A stretch of DNA of 64,000 bases from Naegleria gruberi (Eukaryota). Shown piece by piece: positions 46,200 to 57,271 of this stretch. The stretch lies in assembly GCA_000004985.1 (NCBI GenBank), contig GG738847.1. One strand, written 5' to 3'. Position 1 is the stretch's first letter; every line of letters begins with the position of its first letter. Position numbers and translations under genes: made by a program. The notes below the pieces were generated by a model that saw nothing but the letters and a program-made list of their open reading frames with translations, had not been told where the DNA came from and searched no databases.

Positions 46200-47876
46200 A
46201 GTTTAATATAAATCTTCTTCCAGTACAATAAGAAGGCAATTGGAATGAAAATCAATTCAAACACAACACCATGTAAGAATGAGGCCAATTCCAAAGGTTT
46301 GATCCAACTTGCAAATAATGTCAAGAACTCTGCACTATAAAGATTACTTTGCTTTCCATTGTGAGGCACTGGAATCTTGAGCATTATGATAGCAACCAAA
46401 GTTGGAACACAATACATTATCAATGGATTTGAACCAATCCAAAGAAATGGTGCACTCCAATACTTTTTGAATTGGTGAATATCCACAATAAATGAAACAA
46501 TAGCCAAAAAGATACAAGCAATACCACTTGTAATCAAAGCAAATGAAGTTGTCCAGAGCTTTTTACCAATTGGTAGACCAGCATAATCAATAGCCAAAGC
46601 AGCCAAAATCATCAAAGATCCCATTATAAACCAATAATTGAGACGTTTGTGAGCATCCTTACCAGCAGCTCTAGCCACCTTAAAAGCTAAAATACCAACA
46701 AATGCATTAGTAACAGCAGAGAGACTGGACAAAAATCCCTCTGGATCATATGAATCTTGTAAATAAATGTGATCCCTAGAGAGAATTAATCGATCAATAT
46801 AACCCTCAGCAGTGCATCGAGGTTCATACAGTTCACCTCTCGTTCCACAACCATCACCTTCACCCTCCATAGGAACATATAATCCAAATGTGACTGTAAT
46901 GTAAATAGCTTGGAAGAGGACAACAATGAGAATTTGAACAAATGTCCAAGGAACCATGACAAGTATCAAGCTCACAATAAAGTAACAAATGGCAATTCTT
47001 TGAAAAACACCCATCACTCTCACATGTGTGAAATTAAACAAGTGAGCTAGAACTGAGAATGAAAATCCAATCAAGAACATGAGAATTGGTCTTCTAAATA
47101 ATTTGACCCATTTGCTTACAAATTCATACAGAGATTTCCTCATTGGTATCAGATACATGAATTTGATACTTTCTTCTTCCTTCTTTTCATTTTCATCCAT
47201 TAAATCTTGTTTCTTTCCACACAATTCTCTAAAATAGGATTGAATTGATAATTTAACATGACTTGGTGGATACAAGTAAACATCACTTGGCCACTCTCTG
47301 GAATAGACAATTGCAGCTGCATATCCCATCACAAATAAAAAGAATGGAAAGACACAATCACTACATGTTCACGTCCATTCAATCAATCAATTGATAGTAC
47401 ATGTAGATAGAAAATTTGAAAATAAATGTTTTTGCATTGAAATCGAATCCACACATTCCGAAAAGGAGAACATTCATAAAGTGAAATTTCAACATTTTCA
47501 TTGTGTTATCCAACAAGGACCATCAAAATGATGAGAGAAAGAATTGCACTGCTGTAACTTACGTTGGGGTAAATCCGAACCATTCAGCATGATCCAACGG
47601 GATAAAAGCTCTAGCTGGTTGATTATTCACAATAATCATCAACATGATGGTCATTCCTCTCATAATATCCAATGCAACCATACGTTCCTTTCTCGGTGGA
47701 GTATTGGTTGTGGTAATTTCTGCTGTTGTTACTGTTACTGCTGCTGATGATGATGGTGATGGATCTTCATTGTTATTTACTGCTGTTCCCGAAGACAGTA
47801 ATTGTTGAGCTTCAGAATTCTTTTCACTCGACTGCCATTTGAACAGTTTACGCAATTTGAGACCCAATTCACTCAT
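46196..47876 (-). CDS. HGSNAT: Heparan-alpha-glucosaminide N-acetyltransferase (HGSNAT, DUF1624/5009 family), multipass membrane protein. 2 exons: complement(join(46196..47360,47563..47876)), intron 47361..47562 (202 nt).
   Basis: RMVALDIMRGMTIMLMIIVNN and the junction-restored TDCVFPFFLFVMG match the conserved HGSNAT N-terminal TM region. There are many TM helices. The stop codon overlaps the stop of the convergent + strand gene. Confidence 0.8.
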
Positions 47877-48036
47877 TTTTCTGTTGTTTGTGAATTGGTT
47901 ACTTGAGGGGTTCGTTGTGTTTGGATTGGGTTCCGAATTTATACCTTATCTTACTCGTTTGGTTGTTGTAATCAGAGTTCACAAACAACAACAAAATGTG
48001 AGAGCGGGCAGTATGGTTTATTAAAACAGAGGGATC

Positions 48037-49257
48037 TTATACACCTACTAATTTATACAATGATATCTTGTTATCCCATGTACCAACTGAGATGTAGTCT
48101 CCATCAGTGCTACTCACAACATCACAAGACAGAACAGAGTTGCTCAATCGTTCTGAGGCAAGCTGTCTAAAGCATGCATCAACTCCAGAGATGGTAAGCA
48201 TGCCTCCCTTTGCTCCTGAAATAATGTAATTTCCTTTAGGAGAGAATTTAGTGGTAAGAACACAATCAGAATGCTTAATGACATTGTGAGAATTTGATTG
48301 TGTCTTGTAAGTGACCAAATCTAATCCACCATCTTCCAATCCGTACACAATCAAATCTGAAGCAGGTGAGTTGGTGAGGGATAAAACTCTAGAGTTGGTT
48401 TGGAATTCTTGGAAACATTTACCTGAGTTAATGTCCCACATTTTAACTGTCTTATCCAATCCACCACTCATCAGAACTTTTCCTGAAGGATCAAGATCAA
48501 TGCTTGAGCATGGTGATGAGTGACCGTCGAATAATCTTACAAGTTGGCTCGATCTAAGATCCCACATTCCAATTGTTCCCTTTAGTAATGTTGCAAATAC
48601 TGTAGAGTCATCTCCAGCTAGAGATAGCGAATAGTTCACATTACTGTCTAGTGTAGATAAGGTTAACTTTTTCATTCCTCTAGTAAGATCGAAAAGATGA
48701 ATTCCAGCACCTTCTCCAGATACTACTATTGTGGTCTCATCTCTGAACAATTTACAAGATCTCACATATTGCAATGGAGAAAAGTCAATTGATTCTTTGT
48801 TCTTTCTCTCGGAAAGTGAGGAAACAATCTCAACCCTTCCCTTTCCACCTACAAAGACACGGAATCCATCTTTACTCATTGTCACACTAGATGCAGATGA
48901 ATCCAATGGAATTGATGTCAATAAGGTTAATTTCTCCTTTGGTTTATCAAGACTTTGATCTCTTGATTGTTGTTGCTCTGAAATTGTCACAGCTGTTGAT
49001 GACAAAGAATTAGATTTGCTGTGGGACGACTTGGATTTAATTCTATTCTCTATATCTCCTGCTGTAATATTATTCACATTATTTAGTTCTTGTTGATACA
49101 TATTTCGTTTCTATTATATTTGACAAGATTTATAATAATAGGAGGAGAGGAAACTTACATCTTCTGGTAATTCATTCAAAATTCGTTGTATCATGTTGGA
49201 AAGTCTATCATTCACTTCCGAAGCTATGTGATTATTAGTATTTAAAAAGTAAGACAT
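48037..49257 (-). CDS. Groucho/TLE/Tup1-family WD40 corepressor-like protein. 2 exons: complement(join(48037..49110,49159..49257)), intron 48 nt.
   Basis: The C-terminal WD40 propeller aligns with the TLE WD domain (YVRSCKLFRDETTIVVSGEGAGIHLFDL, LVRLFDGHSSPCSSIDLDPSGKVLMSGGLDKTVKMWD, SVLSCDVVSSTDGDYISVGTWDNK). An upstream 99-nt exon (MSYFLNTNNH...) joins in frame via GTAAGT...TAATAG. Confidence 0.65.
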
Positions 49258-49890
49258 TTCAAAGAACTATTAGAGTTTGATTAGGTTAAGGCTTTTTGAT
49301 TTAAACAAACCTTTTTTGATTGTTGTATCAGTTCTTCCTTTTCACTCCTCAGTCTTTCGTTTTCTATTTTGTACATATTAAGCTGACTATTCACAAATTC
49401 AAATTCATACTTCATCCTATCGCAAAACTCAAAGGCTGAAAATGCTTGCCCATTCTAATAACATGATGAAAAAAATCCACAATGATAATCACAGCCATGA
49501 TGGTGGTAGTATGATGATGAATAGAAAATTAGCGTGATCATGATAATGTTGATTAGTGAATGAAGGTGGTGTAAAAAATGAGGTTATTGTCGCCAGTCAA
49601 AATCAAAGCCTTAATATTTTTTACGTACCATTGCTGGGCGGGAATTAGATTGCAAATGTTGTTGGCTATTGCTTGCTGACATTTTTTTTGATGAGAACAC
49701 TTTGCAGCGATAATGGTTTTTCTCTCTCGAGTCATGACATGATGACTTGTTGAGGATTAAGCCTGTGGTCCACAAAATAACACTTATACAAAATAATCCC
49801 TTACCTGTTCTATCCAACACACATTTACACTTGTAATATTTACAATTGTTAGTGACAATGATAATTATTATAATAACAACAATAATAAAT

Positions 49891-52185
49891 TTATTTCCAA
49901 TTAGAGAGTGAAGAAGGGAAAATATTCATATCATTGTTATCAGTCATGGATGAGAGAACTCCCAACTCATCAAACGGTGTAGAAAATTTGAGTAATTGTC
50001 TTCCATGATAGGATTCCTTAATTCTTGATCGGTAGGATTTCATCACTGTAAAGAGAGCATTTCTCTGATTAGTATCACTTTGTTTTACCAATTCCATCAG
50101 AACAGAGGTTCCCTGCTCACTATTGATCAACATGAAAAAGTTATTGCTATTAAATTCTTTTGGACTATCTTCTGTTTCTAAGAATCTTCTCATCATTGGC
50201 ATTCTGGTTTCTGGAGTACGAACGAGGAATTGAATGATAAAGCATCCATGTTTATCCAATGCTAATTGCATGGCCTGTTGCCAAATGTCTTTCATTAAAC
50301 TGATTTTAGTTTCTTTGGAAACTAGATTGCAAGTGGATGCTGCAAAGGCAATATTTAAAACTTGTTGAATACAGAAAGCTCCATACTTGTCCTTAGATAA
50401 TTGAACTGTATGCTTGCTGAATTCATTCAATAATTCATCGAGGGAGAATGGTAAAGCAACTCCCTTTTTAGAATAGTGAACAATCATATTCAACACATAC
50501 TCAATTACCTTGGATGAATATCTTTGATAGGAGAGTAAAACTAGAGAGCCTCTCAATTCTTGAACTACTAAATCCAAATACTTGACATTATAGGTAGAGC
50601 AAAGGATTTGCTTCATGAAGAAAGTAGCATATCTATCTTGTGACATGGCCAAAAAGTGACCTTTACATTCAACAAGGAACGAATCAATTTCCTCTGGTTT
50701 GGCAGCAATGAATAATTGATTTACAACATGTGAAGCAGATGGTCCCAGCGATGAAATTAACAAATGTCCCTTGAAGGCATCAATAATCAACCTCTTTTGA
50801 GAGGATGATGCATACTTGAGAGTTTGAGTAATAAAGCAAGCTCCATGAGTGTCCTTACTTAAATTGACATAGTCGATTTTTGATAGTTTCCCAAGTAGTA
50901 TTGTTCTAGTTTCAGAAAATTTAACAAATTTTTCTAAAACTCTACATGGTTGATTCAATGCTAATAGCTCTTGAATGGAGTCTGTTTCAATAAGCTCATT
51001 CAACAATTGCTTTCTATGTTCCATATTACTTCCCCTAGCAATGGCATCAATAATGTACTGAGCGAATGCATCTCGAATGCACTTTGATAATGAACCCTTA
51101 AGTTCAGAAAGGATCATATCAGCTCTAGGATCATTCTCATTTGTAAATAATTCATAAATTCTCTCGCAAATCATGGAACCACCAGCAGTAAATACTAGGT
51201 CCTTAATACTACCCTTCAAAGATTTATCGAAAATTATTTTCGATTGTTTTGGTGAGCAGACCATCAAAAGGTGATATACTATAAATTTTCCGTAAACGTG
51301 TGAATTTAACTCTTCCAAGTGAGGTAAAACCTCCTCAAAAACCATATCTACATCCTCAGTAGTGTGTCCAATCACATGTTTTTTCAAAACTGATGCCACT
51401 TCCTGTGAAGCAGGAGTTCCAGTTAAGGCATATTCATGTTCAACAAACCACAACCCATTCTCTGATTGTTCCAACTTGCTGGAAGAGCTTGGATCTTTTT
51501 TCGTAATTTCCCTAGCTTTATCAGATCCTTTTGCAATCCAAACTTTTCTTCGTTGTAAACTATTTGAAATAAAAGCAGAACCAAACTTGTCCATTGCAAA
51601 AGCATAAATATGTCCTTTCAGTTCCGAAAGTGTGAGCATTGAACGTGCATGTTTGTCCATACCCAAATAGAAATCCTTTAGTTTTGAATCCTGAATATTG
51701 TTGGCGTGAGCAATGAGTCCCTGTTTTTGATAGAGACTATTCTCATGATCTTCAATACTATCTTCTGATGAAAGTAATTGTTTCTTTTCCAAGGCAAGTG
51801 CTTTTGAGAAACCTGGTTTTTTCTGTTTTTGTTTTATATGTTGTTGCTGCTGTTGTTGAGTATCACGATGATATTCAACATGATCGGAATCAACTTTAAC
51901 CATCAAATTACCTTCACCATCTCTTTTAAAATTAGGTGGTAAACTCGACAGTAAGTGTTCATCAAAGAATTCATCTTCATTTGGGAAGAATGCATCATAT
52001 TCAGTTGTGAATGGAAGATGACTTGTATCATCGTTGTGTGGTGTGAGTAGTGTCGAATTCACTCTGGAAAGATGTCTCTTCCCTCCGAATGAAGAACAAT
52101 TCGATGTTCCGAATATTGTGATGAAGGCTTGTTTTTTGCAAGTGGATAAACAACTAGACAATGATAATTTCCTCAAACCAATCAT
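49891..52185 (-). CDS. Pumilio-family (PUF repeat) RNA-binding protein, PUM3/Puf-A or NOP9-like, 764 aa.
   Basis: Multiple PUF-like repeats with aromatic plus Gln/basic signatures (KYGAFCIQQVL, KHGCFIIQFLV, THGACFITQTL, RYATFFMKQIL, RYSSKVIEYVL). ATG at 52185. Confidence 0.7.
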   Translation of the reverse strand: MIGLRKLSLSSCLSTCKKQAFITIFGTSNCSSFGGKRHLSRVNSTLLTPHNDDTSHLPFTTEYDAFFPNEDEFFDEHLLSSLPPNFKRDGEGNLMVKVDSDHVEYHRDTQQQQQQHIKQKQKKPGFSKALALEKKQLLSSEDSIEDHENSLYQKQGLIAHANNIQDSKLKDFYLGMDKHARSMLTLSELKGHIYAFAMDKFGSAFISNSLQRRKVWIAKGSDKAREITKKDPSSSSKLEQSENGLWFVEHEYALTGTPASQEVASVLKKHVIGHTTEDVDMVFEEVLPHLEELNSHVYGKFIVYHLLMVCSPKQSKIIFDKSLKGSIKDLVFTAGGSMICERIYELFTNENDPRADMILSELKGSLSKCIRDAFAQYIIDAIARGSNMEHRKQLLNELIETDSIQELLALNQPCRVLEKFVKFSETRTILLGKLSKIDYVNLSKDTHGACFITQTLKYASSSQKRLIIDAFKGHLLISSLGPSASHVVNQLFIAAKPEEIDSFLVECKGHFLAMSQDRYATFFMKQILCSTYNVKYLDLVVQELRGSLVLLSYQRYSSKVIEYVLNMIVHYSKKGVALPFSLDELLNEFSKHTVQLSKDKYGAFCIQQVLNIAFAASTCNLVSKETKISLMKDIWQQAMQLALDKHGCFIIQFLVRTPETRMPMMRRFLETEDSPKEFNSNNFFMLINSEQGTSVLMELVKQSDTNQRNALFTVMKSYRSRIKESYHGRQLLKFSTPFDELGVLSSMTDNNDMNIFPSSLSNWK

Positions 52186-52318
52186 TTCTCTCTATTTTTG
52201 TGTTATTCTCTTTTTTTTGATTGAATTTCTTGTTGTTCAACAATTAATTGCTGCATCACGAAGAGGGAGAGAATGAAATAATTGAGAGAATTGAATATAA
52301 TGATAATTGAATAAATTT

Positions 52319-53179
52319 TTACTTTTGACTTCCTAGGTTTTTCATAATTACATTATCTGTGCATCTCATTAATTCCTTATCAGAGGCAATACATTCGTAG
52401 AAACCAACTGAATCTTCTCTATTGAAACATTGTTGAAGTTGTTCTGCACACATGACACTAGCAGTACATGTTGAGAAATTGACTCTATTTATGAGTGCAT
52501 CACTATCAAACCATTGTTCCAAGTTTCGTTCCGGAAGACAATGTTGAGCTACGAGATGATTCATTTGTTGAGCTATATTAGGATTGAGTGGATTCTTCTC
52601 ATCGACATTGAGGGTAGGTCCAAAGTTTTCCAAACTAAATTCAGATAATTTGTACCACTTATCAAAGGCTTGTTGTGGATTCAAGTGTAAAATTTGTTCA
52701 ATCTTTCTTCCCATTAGAGCAATTCTTTCATGATTCTTTGAGAGGAAAAATCCAACATTTCTGCTTGGTTTTTCCTTGAATACTTGATCCAAACTCTTAT
52801 CTTTAATAGATTCTCCATCGAACAAATCTGTAATTTTCTTTTGTGTTTCATCATCATTATTTGTTTTAAAAACTTCTTCCGAAACCTTATCAAGTTGAAC
52901 TAAATCCAAATCCAAAATATTTTTCTTATTAGCATTTGGTGTTTTGGAGGTTTCTATTGGTGAATCAAATTCTCTATTTACAAAATTACTCATACATGTA
53001 TTATAGAGGGAAACAAGTACAGTATGTTTGAAGGTATTTTGAGGTTCGTTAATTCTAACAGACTCGGCCATCATTAATTGTTTGTTACATGTAAAATTCT
53101 TATACACGGAGGCGAATAAGGTCTTGAAGAGAATACGAGGTACGAATGTATCGGAAGGTTCAAAGTTATTGTTTGACAT
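52319..53179 (-). CDS. Hypothetical protein, 286 aa.
   Basis: Single ORF with ATG at 53179. No family recognised. Confidence 0.4.
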   Translation of the reverse strand: MSNNNFEPSDTFVPRILFKTLFASVYKNFTCNKQLMMAESVRINEPQNTFKHTVLVSLYNTCMSNFVNREFDSPIETSKTPNANKKNILDLDLVQLDKVSEEVFKTNNDDETQKKITDLFDGESIKDKSLDQVFKEKPSRNVGFFLSKNHERIALMGRKIEQILHLNPQQAFDKWYKLSEFSLENFGPTLNVDEKNPLNPNIAQQMNHLVAQHCLPERNLEQWFDSDALINRVNFSTCTASVMCAEQLQQCFNREDSVGFYECIASDKELMRCTDNVIMKNLGSQK

Positions 53180-53474
53180 TTTTTAATTATTATTATTTGT
53201 GATGATGATCACACAAGTCAATCAATTTTTAATTAGCCGAATTTACCATCATCAAATACTAAATTACAGTATTATTATTATATATTTAAATAACACAAGT
53301 AAACAAATTGATGAATCTATTCTTATTAATAGTTCGGAAAAGAAATTCCGATATCAAGTAAGGAATTAATATTTGAACAAAATTTTGGTTAAATTTAGAT
53401 TAATTCAAAGTGAAAAGAATTCATTCACACATTCTCGGACTCTAACAAGATAACAACAATATTAGTAAACAACA

Positions 53475-54323
53475 ATGAGGGATCACTGCACTCCACTGAG
53501 TTACCTCCTCGACAAGTACCAACACAATTTATATCTTGATACGACTCAGCATCACCATCATAGCTTTCATTCACCTTTTCATCATAGAAAACATCATCAA
53601 ACCATTAATAATAATAATAACAACATTGAATTGAATGATAGTAAAGGAGATGCTGGCCATTCACTTCATTCAACTTTTGATTCAACCCGAACATTAAATC
53701 ATCATCAACAAGATGAAACTATAACAACTCATGAAAAACCAACATTATCTACATACAAATATAAGAGCAATGGCATGAGAAGTATTCCTATTCAGGAACA
53801 ACAACAACATGATCATGCTTCCGAAACTAACAAGAAAAAAGAAGAATTACTCACCGATTACATGAAGAGAAATCAATTGAGGATGGTAGAGGCAAAATCT
53901 AATGGAAATTGTCTCTTCAATTCAATTTCTCTTGCATTATTCGATGGTGAACATAAGAATTTCCAATTGAGACAGTTGTGTGTTGATTGGATTGAGGAAA
54001 ATTTGGATTCGATAGTGAAAGATGGAATTAAGATTAGAGATTTGATATTTCTACGGGAAGATCAATCAAATATTTCAGATTATTTGCATGATATGAGACA
54101 GGAAAAGGAATGGGCTGATTATTGTTGTCTTAATGCTCTTGCAAATTTATTGGAATGTGAATTGGAAGTTGTTTATGTAAATTATCAGGAAAATGAATGG
54201 ATTGTAAAGTCGGAAATTCAGGTTGAGCCAATTAATCGACCAACAGGGCTGCTACTAACGAAAATAAGATTAATGTATATTGAAGATTTGAAACATTACA
54301 ATTTATTAATTAAATGTAAATAA
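53475..54323 (+). CDS. OTU-domain deubiquitinase-like cysteine protease with a His-rich N-terminus.
   Basis: OTU catalytic Cys motif NGNCLFNSISLAL and a downstream His region. ATG at 53475. Confidence 0.7.
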   Translation: MRDHCTPLSYLLDKYQHNLYLDTTQHHHHSFHSPFHHRKHHQTINNNNNNIELNDSKGDAGHSLHSTFDSTRTLNHHQQDETITTHEKPTLSTYKYKSNGMRSIPIQEQQQHDHASETNKKKEELLTDYMKRNQLRMVEAKSNGNCLFNSISLALFDGEHKNFQLRQLCVDWIEENLDSIVKDGIKIRDLIFLREDQSNISDYLHDMRQEKEWADYCCLNALANLLECELEVVYVNYQENEWIVKSEIQVEPINRPTGLLLTKIRLMYIEDLKHYNLLIKCK

Positions 54324-54727
54324 TTTCGCTTACAATAATTTTCAAAAATTATGTTATAACAGACGTAGTGATAGGTTCAAACATACCAAACTTGGACAAT
54401 GTTCAACCGCTTTTGATTGCAGATTTGTCCTCTCCAAGAAAGGAGAGATTTGGCCAATCCTTTAATTCCAACAGACATAGACGAAACCTTGAAATTAAAC
54501 ACGTTTTCGACTACCATACAATCAATTGCAAAGTGTTGTTTTGATGTTGGTAATGCAAAATCTCAATCCTCTGTATTTGAACCAACAGGAACCAAGTTCA
54601 TTTATCATCCAACCACTTTCCTTGATTGGATAGCCATTATGCCGCATAATCCAGCTCGTTTTTGCTCTTGCTGACAGGTGTCAACAACTCAAAGGTTTTC
54701 AAAGCCAAAAAAAACAACATCAGAATC

Positions 54728-56947
54728 ATGTCCATATTACCATTAGGAAAGTCAAAGAGTCTGTTTGTTGGTTCGTTGTGGTTGACCTGCTTGACCTGCA
54801 TCTTCATTCTTCTAGTTTCGTCCACGCATGTGTTTGCGAAAGTTCATCAACAATTCATGCTTCAAGCAGATAACAACACGACAACCACCTCCCAAAACAC
54901 CAATAATCAAACTATCCTCCAATTAATTCCTCCTCCTGATGTTTCCCTCACAGATTACAACGTTACAGAATTTATTATTCTACTTTCTAATGTGACCAAT
55001 AATCTAACATTGGCTCAAAACAAAATTGTTCTTACCAATTACACCAAAATCCATCCTTCAATCATTGTAACTTTGAGAAGCTTATTTATTCTTTTTAATA
55101 TTTGGCTTTTAGTTTCGGCAGTCATGTTCAGAAATTATGAACCTGTCAAATCAAAGTTTTTCTTTGTAATTGTATTAATTAGTGTCAATATTATTGCTCA
55201 TAGTCAGGGAGTTATTGAAAATCTTCCGATTATGAGGTTGTATTTTGAAAGTTATTGGAATAAGTTTATAAACGAAAGGAGACTAAACTCTATTGATGCT
55301 CAAACTTTTTACATGAATAATTTGGATTCGAAAGGATTTCCAACATGGATGAGAGGATATGCCTCTTTTGAAAACGGCTATTGTTTCTTCAATAGTTACG
55401 TTCTGGCCCCTTTGGTAGTTATGGGATTGGCATTATATTCGATTCAGATTCTTAAACTAATGTTACTACTCTTTCTGAAGGATAAAATTGAATCGGTCGA
55501 AAGATATTGGCAAGATTTCAAACAGAAACAATTAGAGAAACTCAAAAATATGAAAAAACAAGAAACGAATCAAACTGATCTGAAAACTCCAAAATCTATT
55601 GCAGATCAAGATCCAACAAATTCCACAAGTCAATCATCACTTAGACCTTCAATAACTACAAGTAATGAAATATCAATTACAGACGATACTCTCTCATCAA
55701 TTGATGTGGATGGTTCAGATGATGAAGTTATTTCACTAGATGTATTATCTGAAAGAGGACGATTCCTAAACCTTTTAAAGATTATTATCAGATATAAGGT
55801 TATTGAAATATCATACATTATCTTTTGGGGAATTGTAACTTATATTGCATTGAGTGCGAGAATATTTCTCTCCCCTGCAGATACACTCATTGAACCAATT
55901 TTTAATTCTTCATGGAAATCATTAGAAACTTATTGCAATTATACGGCTAGAGTTGATAATAATTTATATACCTTGATAATTTCTGCTATATTATTCTTAA
56001 TAGTTCCAATATTTCTCACAGTTGACTGTTTCGTTTCCCTTATAAAATATTTCAGACTAAGAAGGGAAAATAAGGAAAAGGGAATCAAGACTGAGAATTT
56101 CCTTGTGTATCACTTTTATGAAACAGATCCATTTGTATACAGATCAGAATCTTTACTTCGTTTCATATTTGACGTTATTGCTTTAATTATTTACTTGGTT
56201 CTTAGCTCAACGATCAATACTGATGGTACAGTGGGAGGAACAATTTCATCACTTGTAATTACAATTTTACTTCACTTTTTTGGAGGAACTTTCAGTAATC
56301 CTGGTGTGACCATTTACAAAACCTATCACAATTTCATTCGCATGAAGAAGAAGAGTAAGAATGCACTCATGCCCTCTCAACAAATTCAAAATCTTCAAGA
56401 GTTAATGTCCTCTCCAGTGAGTTCCTTCTCAATTGATTATGTCATTTCACGAAGAGTGGAAAGAGAATTTTTCCATGAATTTCTTAAAAAGGAATTCTCA
56501 GTGGAAAATTTACTTTTCGCTGAAGATTTACAAAAATTGAGAAATATTAATGAAAGACATGCAAGATCCAAAGTTTCCAAAGTCAAGGAAATGGTCAAAC
56601 TATACCTTTCAGATAATAGTTCAGTTTTTGAAGTGAATATTCCATCAAAAATCATTCATGCAGAATTGAAAGATTTTAGAGAGCTCACTCAATTAATGAA
56701 TCAACATGGAATTCAATTAAACAGCATTCCAAAAAGTATCAAGGAAAAGAGCTCAACAAGATATTTTCCTCAAATAGATTCCACCATTGAAGATCAAGTT
56801 CGAAAGCTCATTGAAAATTTGTCAAAATCTGACGTTTTCTCAACACTCAACATTGAAATTTACAAAAATTTGATGGATTCTTTCTATAGATTTAAACATT
56901 CTAGAAAGTGGATTGAATTTGTCAAGACAAATAAGGTTCAAATTTAA
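54728..56947 (+). CDS. Receptor-like 7TM-RGS protein with signal peptide, N-glycosylated ectodomain, seven TM helices and a C-terminal RGS domain.
   Basis: ATG at 54728 gives MSILPLGKSKSLFVGSLWLTCLTCIFILLVSSTHVFA, a signal peptide. The ectodomain has NxT/S sites, then seven hydrophobic helices, then an RGS box (FFHEFLKKEFSVENLLFAEDLQKLRNI). The track ORF 54662 starts at TTG. Confidence 0.7.
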   Translation: MSILPLGKSKSLFVGSLWLTCLTCIFILLVSSTHVFAKVHQQFMLQADNNTTTTSQNTNNQTILQLIPPPDVSLTDYNVTEFIILLSNVTNNLTLAQNKIVLTNYTKIHPSIIVTLRSLFILFNIWLLVSAVMFRNYEPVKSKFFFVIVLISVNIIAHSQGVIENLPIMRLYFESYWNKFINERRLNSIDAQTFYMNNLDSKGFPTWMRGYASFENGYCFFNSYVLAPLVVMGLALYSIQILKLMLLLFLKDKIESVERYWQDFKQKQLEKLKNMKKQETNQTDLKTPKSIADQDPTNSTSQSSLRPSITTSNEISITDDTLSSIDVDGSDDEVISLDVLSERGRFLNLLKIIIRYKVIEISYIIFWGIVTYIALSARIFLSPADTLIEPIFNSSWKSLETYCNYTARVDNNLYTLIISAILFLIVPIFLTVDCFVSLIKYFRLRRENKEKGIKTENFLVYHFYETDPFVYRSESLLRFIFDVIALIIYLVLSSTINTDGTVGGTISSLVITILLHFFGGTFSNPGVTIYKTYHNFIRMKKKSKNALMPSQQIQNLQELMSSPVSSFSIDYVISRRVEREFFHEFLKKEFSVENLLFAEDLQKLRNINERHARSKVSKVKEMVKLYLSDNSSVFEVNIPSKIIHAELKDFRELTQLMNQHGIQLNSIPKSIKEKSSTRYFPQIDSTIEDQVRKLIENLSKSDVFSTLNIEIYKNLMDSFYRFKHSRKWIEFVKTNKVQI

Positions 56948-57271
56948 TTGTGTTGGATTTTCCATGTTGTGTTGTAGGAAGTGTTGGAAAAAGAAATTGG
57001 ATTTACAGAATTGTGTGCACAATAGAGTGCAAGAAAATTCATTTGTTATGAACTGTTGGCAGATGATATTTGAAATAAATTATTTGACTTTTGACTTGTA
57101 AATTGGCTAAAAGATTTTTATGAACCATGTCAACAGAAAAGTCATTCAAGTTGTCCACAAAAGCAACATCATTTCTGATAGTTGACTTTTCTTGATAAAT
57201 CGTTCAAACATTTGACATGAAAAAGATTTCTAGACAATTTAAGATACACAAGAAAAAAACAAATTCAAAAC

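Noticed and set aside
47520-47562. Possible C/D box snoRNA in the HGSNAT intron (AUGAUGA heptamer at about 47528).
   Set aside because: The heptamer is on the antisense strand relative to the host gene. No CUGA D box or terminal stem is found at an appropriate distance, and the sense strand lacks C and D boxes.
49311-49416. Additional upstream coding exon (MKYEFEFVNSQLNMYKIENERL...) for the Groucho-like WD40 gene.
   Set aside because: The only GT...AG pairing (intron 49267..49310) leaves exon phases incompatible (phase 1 into phase 0), which produces an immediate stop. It is more likely 5'UTR or unrelated.
54417-54674. ORF upstream of the 7TM-RGS gene, a possible extra exon or uORF.
   Set aside because: It starts at TTG with no ATG. 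The 7TM-RGS protein already begins with a textbook signal peptide at ATG 54728, and there is no splice junction linking the two.
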